Source of the DNA: Octopus vulgaris
Taxonomy: Eukaryota
Length of the DNA: 64,000 bases
Reading direction: 5' to 3'
NCBI GenBank assembly: GCA_951406725.2
Contig: OX597822.1
Span: forward strand, 83,948,001 to 84,012,000
Part shown: positions 54,233 to 64,000 of the stretch, in pieces
How the letters are laid out: every line of letters begins with the position of its first letter
Numbering within the stretch: the first letter of the stretch is position 1
Program-made: the position numbers and the translations under genes
Notes under the pieces: model-generated
The model's database searches: none
The model's input: the letters and a program-made list of their open reading frames with translations, nothing else
What the model was told of the DNA's origin: nothing

Positions 54233-55355
54233 TTAGGTTGGCCATGAAGTCCATTCAGATTTTGTCGACATTAAACTTCAAGCACTCTTAATAAGTACCA
54301 AACTTGAGTCTGTCATTTGCGCGTACGCACTCGTTAGCTGTATGACACTTCGACGTAATTCGACGCGAACTTGCGATGACCTATGTTAATATTTTGTGTG
54401 CTTCAGATCGCACTGAAAATTGCGAACTAAAACGAACATTATCCACACCTCATATTTTGTTTTTATTTTTAAAAAGGCAAGAAAGCAGCGGGAGCCCTCA
54501 GGAAGATATACGCTGTATATGGAGAGGATGCTGTTACGGAATATGTGTACAGGAAGTGGTTTAGGGATTTTCAAATCCAAAATCGAGTGTTGAAAACCAT
54601 TTGCATTAAATTGGTTGCGTCAGCAGACTCAATGTTTGAGTGACACATCAATTGAATAAGGCTAAATTAGCCCATGGATTTCCATCGGCGATTCGTTGCA
54701 AAAACATGACGAAAACCATCCTTTTTTTAATAGAATGATGGAATGGGAGAAAAATGGATCGTTTATAACAATGTGAAACGTAAACGATCATGATGAAGTG
54801 CGGCAAACCACCACTTGAACCTCCAAAGCAGGACTTCACCCGAATATGGTGATGCTTTCAATCTGGTGGGATTACAAGAGTGTTGGCTTTTACGAGCTTC
54901 CCACGGACAGTAACATCAATTTGGATGTGCACTGTGACCCACTGAGCAGATTAAATGCAGCGATCTCCCAGAAACGTCTAGCGTTTGCTTCTGTCTTTCA
55001 TCATGGCAATGCCAGATCATACACTTCTTTGCAGATGTAGCAAAAATTACTGGGGTTTGGCTGAGAAGTTTGGCCGCAACCCCATATGCGCTCAAACTTA
55101 CCTTCAAATTTCCACCTGTTTCTGTCTCCTCAAAATCCATTGACTGGAAAGACTGTCAACTCTGAAAATGATTTAAAACTTCACGTGGAAGAGCTTGTAG
55201 CTTACAAAGACAGGGAATTCTTTGAGCATTGAATAATGGATCTGGCCTCAAGATGTCCGAAGATACAGGAATGATCGAATAAATCGCTTTGTGTTTTAAA
55301 ACATCCGTCTTATTTTCGCTTAAAATAAAACGAACGAAAGTTTGAGCCAACCCAG
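54233..55355 (+). mobile_element. Decayed mariner transposon
   Basis: TA-ttaggttggc ... gccaacccag-TA ends. Remnants V*VTHQL, EKWIVYNNVKRKRS, VMLSIWWDYK, FHHGNARSYTS. Confidence 0.88.
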
Positions 55356-55364
55356 TAATATATT

Positions 55365-56290
55365 ATTTGAGGAATGCTTGGCTGATATTTCAATATGTCA
55401 AGCGACAATCTTCAGTTCGGCTACAAAGAAATTATTATTTACATTGATATTTCTGGCAGTTGAAGACTCTAGCAAGTAACCATTTGTTTTCTGCAATAGG
55501 AACGATAATGGATTCAGTGCCAAAATGAAAAGAAATACAGAAAGACTATCTCCCTAGAATATTCTCTTTGTAATGCTTTTACTACCAGAAACAATTATTC
55601 TGTTCTCAGTTGTAAGGGTAAGAATTGTTGCCCATGTCTTTGTGAGTCTCTCTATAGCAGCAATTAAGTTAGTAAATACCTTTGCTAGATGTAGGCTCTT
55701 CAACAGTCATGAATGAGGGATTGAGTCGAATGCCTTCCTATAGCCAAGCCATACTATCACAAGGTTTCTGTGTTGTTTTCTTACTTCAGACAATACACCT
55801 TTGTTTATTAAAAGTTGTTCGGCACATCCCCACTCTCCCTTCTTTCCACCAGCCTGTTAATCAGTCACAGTGTTGTTCGATTCACAATGGTCTTGGAGGA
55901 ATTGGTTGAGGCAACTTGTGTACAGTTTGTACATAATGTTTAGGCAAGCAATGGACCTGTAGTTTCCTGCCATCTCAGTGATTTCATTTTTGGCAACAAG
56001 ATTTGTCTTTGCTGTAGCAAGGACAAATCTTGTCAGACTATTATACCAACATGGTATATCAGTCTGACCTTCCAAGGTCCTTTTGGACATACATATGAAT
56101 CGGTTTCTATAAAAATCAGCTTCTTGTACTAATATCCAACTATCAGGTCCCTTCCAGGTGCCTTCCTATTCTGCAATTTGCCTACTGCTATAGCGAAGGT
56201 TTGTGCATCAATTTTACCTGTTTTACTGTTAGTGTTGGTTCAGTATTCTCTCTCAATTGTATTTAACCATGCTGCATTCAGGTTGAAATA
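55365..56290 (-). mobile_element. R4/Dong-like LINE reverse transcriptase fragment
   Basis: NYRSIACLNIMYKLYTSCL..*QAGGKKGEWGCAEQLLINK..WLGYRKAFDSIPHS*L..IF*GDSLSVFLFILALNPLSFLL; the 5' end abuts an (ACAT)n/(AC)n tract. Confidence 0.9.
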
Positions 56291-56378
56291 TGTGTGTGTG
56301 TGTGTATGTATGCATGTATGTATGTATGTATGTATGTGTGTGTGTGTGTGTGAGTATGTATGTATGTATGTATGTATG

Positions 56379-56409
<31 letters not shown>

Positions 56410-57095
56410 GGGAAAACTTAATCGAAACGCAAACAAGCTAATATACAGGAAAATGCAGTAATATATAAATATAGAAGAGGAAAAAACTCATTAACCAAAG
56501 CCGATGCTACTAGATCATCCATCTTATTAAACAAACAGAAAAAATTTAAAACAACATGAAAGCACAAGAAACAAAATAGTTAGACGTAAAAAATTGTAAG
56601 TAAAAGTCACGAACCAAAAGTTAAACATGAATAATAGAAAAAAGAACATAAAAAAGGAAACAAAATAAAAACTATAAATACAACTTATAAATATAAAGTC
56701 ATAAATTATAGGAGTTTGAACTGAGGTAAAATGTATAAAGAAGAATAACATTTTTAAAAATATAATTTTTTACGAAGACAGAAAAATCTTTAACTAAATA
56801 TAAAAATAAATATAAATTGATTTCCTTCACAAAATAGGGATAATGGCGGCCCGTCTAAGAAATGTGCCCGTCCAGGTAAAATTTCTGTGGCAGTGGGTGT
56901 CGCTGGCCATTTGTCTGCAGCAGCACCACTGCACACGGAATTTGTTCCGGAGATGTATAACCCATTGCTCTCTCCCCATCCATATTCTGCTGCTTAATCA
57001 TCACCTTCTCTTTTGTTCTTTTTCTGTGTTTCCTTAAAATTAAATGGTCATCCATCTTTATGTAAATAAATAATACGGCAAACTGAAGAACGACC

Positions 57096-57199
<104 letters not shown>

Positions 57200-58639
57200 C
57201 GAAGAACTAAAATATGAACGAACGCTAAAAAATGTCAAACAAAATCACCAACACATGAACAAGTGACAACGACATATTGAACAAAACGGAAACGGAAACA
57301 GCTCCACTTTAGACAACATAAACAGAGATATATCAGATGCCATACAACTTTGAATTATTGATTTACTAAAATTATCTCCATTTCTATAGGAAGTATCATA
57401 ATTACTAAATACTAATTAAGGCCAGCTTCCCTTGGGAAGGGACGATTATCTCAATTTTCACGAATACTCCGAAGTTAGCGTGTCATTAAAGAAAAAAGTG
57501 GACGCTGCTTCTGGAAAGATCTATTTGCTCATTATCCAAAGGGCTCAGACTTTGGTGAGATTTTGAGTCTAGAGGTTATCCTTCCTTCTCTTGTGGTGCC
57601 ATTCTAAATTGCTATTTGGAAATTATTACGTAAACTCTAAGAAGCGGAAATAACTTTCATATATCAGGGTGTTATTTCATATACCTGTATTTATCTATTC
57701 TGCTTATATACAAGCCGCTGGCAACTCCGAGTTATTTCCCTTTGCTCATTTTGTTCAAATTATACCATTACCGTCTCCATCGTACCATGCAGACAGGAGG
57801 TCTGCATCGTCTGCCTGCCACAGTAGAAGATGGCTAAATTAACGAGAACAGTCATTCACCGTGCTTGAAGAAAACATGAAACATAATAACCAACGCGAAA
57901 CTGAGACAAACAAAACAGTTAAACCTATAAAGAAAAATCTTAATAGAAACTAAACAAAAATATAAGAAAAAATAAATAAGAACCAAAATTAATATATAAA
58001 TAAAAACAGCGAAATAGTTTAATTTAAAACAGAAGAATATAAAAACGAGGATAATTAGTTATAATACAAAGAAAATAAAAAAAGAGATTATGAACAAAAA
58101 CGTTTAAATATGCATAAAACAATAAGATAAAAAATTAGAGTAATAATGAAATATTAAGCAAAATAATGAGAAGATAAAAATCAAAAATAAAGCAATAATA
58201 TGTCAATGGAAGACGAAAATATATTTAAGAAAATATAAAGTAAAAAATATTCTATTTAATCGTGCCAATGTATTATGGCAGTATCTTGAATATCTTCAGA
58301 AAATTGAAATTAAAACAAAATAATTGTAATCATACACCCGAAAATAAAAGAATAAAAAAAGCAGAAAAAAATAAAATCTAAGAAAACAGAATTTCAAAAC
58401 ATAACATGTAATAAAAGGACGTGCAAAGAAATTTGAAAACAAGTAACAAAGATAAAATAATATGGAAACACATAAGAATAATAACGTCAACGAAAACAAC
58501 AGAAACAAAGCTTCTGAATGCATTCATACATACACATTTACATACATGCAGACATATGTACGCACAGTCATACTTACATACATAAACATACCGATTTATA
58601 TATGCAGATACATATGTACACGTATATATATTTATATAC

Positions 58640-58684
<45 letters not shown>

Positions 58685-59229
58685 TATATAAATATGTGTG
58701 CATATAACTTGCATATATATACAAATACATACATACATACATACATACATACATACATACATACACTCATACATATATGCACATATATGATTTAAACAAG
58801 TAATAGCAAATATTCATTATAATTTTCATTTATAAATTTTTTCCCTCATTAAATTGCTTATAAAAAATATTTCCTCCCAAATAGATTGCAGATTTATTGA
58901 CACACAGAAACATATAATGAATAAGATTGCTATAAATAAAATTTGAAAAATATACACGCAAAAATACTAAAGAACAAACAAAATAAAAGTTAGAAGTAAA
59001 TGTTTAGGTAACAACGCCAACACCTCTACCAGCAACAACAACAAGAAAAGCAACAACAAAAACACCAGCAAAAAACAACATTGTTAGTAAGAAGAACGTT
59101 CACAAAACATGTATCGATCAAAATAGGAATAATTGTTATTAGCTATCTGTAATAACATGTTAATGAATGGTTTAATTGGACAGAAACAAAATACCTTCCA
59201 CTATATGTGTGTATGTGTGTGTGTGTATA

Positions 59230-59318
<89 letters not shown>

Positions 59319-59639
59319 CAGATATATATATAGATGTAGATATAGATATACATACCCACACAGACACACACACACACACATATATACATATGTATGTATA
59401 TATGTATATATATAATTAGAAAATGAAGGATAAGAGAAATAAGAAAAGCCTCTAACAATGTAGAAAATTTTGTAAAGCAAAAATCCTTTTTATTTCGGAT
59501 GCGAAGTCCTAGTTTCAGAAGAAAGCGGTCTAAGATGTGTATATTTACAAAGATTTTGTTATGGTAAACTGCTCGGCCTTTAATTACCAGCAGCACCAAA
59601 TTTCCAGCTGTTGAACATATTTTCACGTGGTGGAAGATG

Positions 59640-60500
59640 GTGTTAGTGGCGTAACATCTCCGTGCGACTATTCATTTTCAGGTTGAGGTGGTGGATAAAT
59701 ATCGCTTCTTTTATTCGAGGGTATCCTACATTACTCTTAGGGGAGCATGGAAGTGTCTGTCTCTTTGGTGTCGTTGCAACGTTTAGTTAAGCGTTTGTGG
59801 AAGGAAGATGCGTTGGTTGTGAGATACTTCTTTATCTAAAGGTTGAGTGGTTGTACTGTGCTACTGATGTAATAGTAGCATTTGGAGCAGAAGAACCGTA
59901 TCTGATATACTATGTATGTATGTATGTATGTATGCACATGTTTATGTTTCAAAAAGGTAATTCTTTAGTGTGCGGAGCTGTTGTTCGGCGTTTTACCACC
60001 TGTTTGATAGATACTTACGTAGGACGGTTCCGAAAAGGCCAGTAGGATGTCGAGGTCTTCCCTGCTGGTGGCCTTGTAAATGGGGAAGGGCTCTCATTAA
60101 AGAAGAGAATCTATAAGAAGCAGGTCTTAGCGAGATCCCTCTTGCCACATTTATTTGCCTTGTGATTACATAACAACGGACGTTGGGGATCCGTTGGTCT
60201 CAAGTATCTTCAGGAACTGAGCAACATCTGCATCACGGCTGGTGTTGTCACTGAATCTCTTCAGCATCCAGATGATTTCGTTATTTACGTAGGTAATTTT
60301 AGCGCTGATAGGGAGGACCCACTTGTAATGGACAAAGAGGTCCTGGTAGGCTGACCTCGGGTATAACACCGTGTCAACTTTTCCATTGTCTCTGATGTTT
60401 AGCCGAAAGTCAAGCTAGAGAAGGGACCATCGTTGTTTGGGTGTTCAAGTATTGTGGAGGCGCCCTCACGGAAGCGTTTGGAAGGAATTTTTCTGATACG
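59640..60500 (-). mobile_element. Decayed Penelope-like element (RT thumb + GIY-YIG)
   Basis: LYPRSAYQDLFVHYK..K..YV..; CSKCYYYISSTVQPL; AIFIHHLNLKMNSRTE. Confidence 0.65.
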
Positions 60501-60609
60501 AATACATCCTTCCAAAAGTTTCGTATCATTCTGTTTTCCTAAAATTTTTATATATAATTAATAAACTTTTAAGGAACTCTTTCTCCAAATAACGTGACTG
60601 CATTGAGTT

Positions 60610-60664
<55 letters not shown>

Positions 60665-60668
<4 letters not shown>

Positions 60669-60870
60669 AATTATTTACAAGGGGAACAGAAAAATATTTC
60701 TCTGCCAATATGCTGAGAATAGACTTTAAATCATCAATCACCACATTACAATATACATTGTATATGAATGTATATTGTAATGTGGTGATTGATGATTTAA
60801 AGTCTATTCTCAGCATATTGGCAGAGAAATCTTTTTTCGTTTGCCCTTGTTTATAATTCTTATAATTGTT
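60665..60870. repeat. Near-perfect hairpin (arms ~95 bp, 7-nt loop) next to (TA)n
   Basis: atttctctgccaatatgctgagaatag...aatatacatt / aatgtatatt...ctattctcagcatattggcagagaaat. Confidence 0.9.
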
Positions 60871-60993
60871 TATAATTTTCACCTTTAAAGGTATTTTAAT
60901 ATGCTGGCCACTTTGATGAATTTTTTTTAAAAAAATTTTATCCTATATTAGAAGTATATATCTAATATAGTGGCGTTTTCAAACTTCTTTTTT

Positions 60994-61060
<67 letters not shown>

Positions 61061-61068
<8 letters not shown>

Positions 61069-62081
61069 AAAAATATGGTAAAGTAAAAAAAATTCACTTT
61101 ACCGCACACCGAACTTTTCAGAAATAGCAGCCAAAAATTTGGCTATTTCTTCAACTGCAAGTAAAAGTCTCCAGACAATGCATACTCAGAAAATAACTCA
61201 CATAGGTATAAGGGAAAAACAATAAAAGATCACATCCATATAAGATACCCGAGAACAACCTGTTTCTGGATTCGTGGGTTAAACGCCACTTTTCCTTCAT
61301 CAGCTCAGAGATTTCTTCTGATTTGGATTTGAAAATACTAAGAACCAAACATACCTATCCGATATCTGTAACATCGGACAAACTATGCTGGACACCCAGT
61401 ACTAGCGAATCCAAAAATACAAATGAGATCTATCATTCTCCCTGTCCACCCACGTGAGTCATAGAGTAGTGCATTTCTACAGAGGCGAAAACTGTAGTTC
61501 AAATTCTAGGAGAGAAAGCATTATATTGTCAGTTTACTTTCTCTCCTAGAATTTGAACTACAGTTTTCGCCTCTGTAGAAATGCACTACTCTATGACTCA
61601 CGTGGGTGGACAGGGAGAATGATAGATCTCATTTGTATTTTTGGATTCGCTAGTACTGGGTGTCCAGCATAGTTTGTCCGATGTTACAGATATCGGATAG
61701 GTATGTTTGGTTCTTAGTATTTTCAAATCCAAATCAGAAGAAATCTCTGAGCTGATGAAGGAAAAGTGGCGTTTAACCCACGAATCCAGAAACAGGCTGT
61801 TCTCGGGTATCTTATATGGATGTGATCTTTTATTGTTTTTCCCTTATACCTATGTGAGTTATTTTTCTGAGTATGCATTGTCTGGAGACTTTTACTTGCA
61901 GTTGAAGAAATAGCCAAATTTTTGGCTGCTATTTCTGAAAAGTTCGGTGTGTGGTAAAGTGAATTTTTTTACTTTACCATATTTTTATAAATTAATACTT
62001 CAAATATACCGTAAATTTTACATACCGAATACTGCTTGGTCGAATTGATTAACAATTAATTAATTCTACCCTTTTTTACTG
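61061..62081. mobile_element. Young fold-back module: 458-bp inverted arms, 18-nt loop, a hammerhead in each arm, between (TA)n tracts
   Basis: Arms 61061-61518 and 61537-61993 differ at only about 3 positions; the right copy continues to (TA)n at ~62081. Confidence 0.92.
61747..61806 (+). ncRNA. Type I hammerhead ribozyme motif (mirror copy at 61249-61308, minus strand)
   Basis: ctgag-CTGATGA-a-gga..gtgg..ccac..tcc-a-GAAA-caggctg-TT-ctcgg. Confidence 0.75.
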
Positions 62082-62264
62082 TATATATATATATATATAT
62101 ATATATATTATGTGAAATAGAAAGATGAATAATCTTGAAGTAGATTAATCAAAAGTTTAACCGATACCTTAGTAGCAAAAATCACAGCAGTAAAACAGCT
62201 CGGTTGGAGGTACAACCATATGGTGTTGCAACCGTGCGTTGGTGCGGATAATTGAAATTAGAAC

Positions 62265-62361
62265 ATACTGTTCAAAGTCAATATGTACCAAGCAGCTTTC
62301 TTGTCTGTACTGAGCTCGGTTACTACAGCAACAGTCTCGATATTTTTTGATTAGACGTCGT

Positions 62362-62449
<88 letters not shown>

Positions 62450-62896
62450 TATTGGTGAATTGAAGAAATGGAGCTGAACGCAGATTGAACAGAAATCGTT
62501 TTATTTCATTCTACACGTGTTTCGAAAGGCACAAATTACCAAAATCCGATGGAATAATGGGACCATATTGTGTCTTTCTCTTCAGGAAGAAAATAGGAAA
62601 TCCGTTGGAAAAACAAAAACAGAAAAGAGGCGGAGCAAAAACAAATCGAACTATGCTCCTAAGAGCCCATGGCGAAACTCTTAGGAGCATAGTTCGATTT
62701 GTTTTTGCTCCGCCTCTGTTCTGTTTTTGTTTTTCCAACGGATTTCCTATTTTCTTCCTGAAGAGAAAGACACAATATGGTCCCATTATTCCATCGGATT
62801 TTGGTAATTTGTGCCTTTCGAAACACGTGTAGAATGAAATAAAACGATTTCTGTTCAATCTGCGTTCAGCTCCATTTCTTCAATTCACCAATAATG

Positions 62897-62982
<86 letters not shown>

Positions 62983-63080
62983 CACGACGTCTAATCAAAA
63001 AATATCGAGACTGTTGCTGTAGTAACCGAGCTCAGTACAGACAAGAAAGCTGCTTGGTACATATTGACTTTGAACAGTAT
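62265..63080. mobile_element. Young ~815-bp palindrome: hammerhead module + (TA)n + 100 bp of flank, duplicated in inverted orientation
   Basis: Inner arms 62446-62665 and 62678-62897, loop cccatggcgaaa, outer arms 62265-62364 and 62981-63080. Confidence 0.92.
62755..62834 (+). ncRNA. Minimal type I hammerhead with intact core (mirror copy at ~62509-62588, minus strand)
   Basis: ttc-CTGAAGA-gaaagacacaa...ttgtgcctttc-GAAA-cacgtg-TA-gaa. Confidence 0.8.
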
Positions 63081-63620
63081 TGCGCATGCACGCTAAATTA
63101 GAACGTTCTCGCTTCCTTCCGTTGATTATAACTGTGTTTGGAAATAACGTATGTGGAGTGTTGTCGTCTTCAAAAGAAGATCGCATTTCATCTGTCCAGA
63201 CTTTCTTGGAATGTATTGAGAAAAATGAAAAAGTTTTGAAAATGGGCATAAAGCTAATGATTCGTGGGCCTATAGCTATGATCCCGAAACCAAAATTTGA
63301 AAGAAATTCCACTTGAAAGCAACAGGATTTCAAGACGTTGAGAAAATCCAAGAGAAAACAACGAGGCAGATGTGTGTAACTAATCGATCTTTTGTATAAT
63401 GTTCCGGTTAAGCAATAAATCTGTTGTTTGTTAGAATGCTTTCATCAATCTCCGCAACCTCTACTATGACATTCCATCTCTCTTTCAAAGTTTGCCTTGA
63501 GACAGAGTCTCAAGAAAGGAGCCATGCTATTGAAGAGATCCTGAATAGCCATGAAAGGACTGACAAACAGATTGATTGTTTAACCAACACATTAAACAAA
63601 CGATCGATTAGTTGGCTAGA
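62981..63620 (-). mobile_element. Highly degenerate Penelope-like RT remnant
   Basis: Broken motifs in order on the minus strand: ILTNNRF, FKFWFR..FFIFLNTF, EDDN..LF..VII. Confidence 0.35.
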
Positions 63621-64000
63621 TATTTAATCAATTGACTAACAATAAAGAAGGGATATTAAACTAGTGAGTTTATTTTTATTATAATTGGCGTAATGACCTT
63701 CCCAAGATACAACTAGAAAAGAATTCTTTCCCAAAAATGAAGAAAACTTAGATACTGAGAGCGGTCTGAAATAAATCAATTCTGTCCAAGTGGTTATTAT
63801 CTGCATTTTCATAAATTTAAACAGCTGGCAAAAAAAAATCAACGAATTACCGTGTATCAGAAAATCCTTGTTTCTTCAAGAATTTTATGTATGTCTTTTA
63901 CCCTATAAGAAAGGCATTGGCCATCACTCTTTATAGAACATCCAAGGCTGGAGGTAGAGAGGAAGGGGCAAAGGGAAAAAGTTGTCGTCAAACTCAAGAC

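Noticed and set aside
61151-62858. Mirror-image ORF pairs (61151-61348 with 61707-61913; 62485-62832 with 62511-62858)
   Set aside because: By-products of the palindromes; non-ATG starts and no recognisable domains.

Overview
AT-rich, microsatellite-dense eukaryotic DNA, intergenic or intronic. The SINE families resemble those of octopus/coleoid cephalopods (inference from repeat content). No host protein-coding gene could be supported, and most ORFs in the track are microsatellite translations. The window is mainly transposon debris: several tRNA-derived SINE families; a 5'-truncated but nearly intact Penelope-like element (RT + GIY-YIG, 34350-36900); degenerate Penelope-like fragments; R4/Dong-type restriction-like-endonuclease LINE fragments in (TAA)n or (ACAT)n tracts; CR1, RTE and Gypsy fragments; a full-length decayed DD37E Tc1-like element; a decayed mariner; and a pogo-like MITE. 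The most striking pattern is a dozen or so minimal type I hammerhead-ribozyme motifs with different flanking sequences and mostly palindromic helix III. Many lie in head-to-head fold-back (inverted) modules that end in (TA)n. One module has a 10-bp target-site duplication, and another has copied 100 bp of flanking DNA into its inverted arm. All calls were made by eye; no searches were run.
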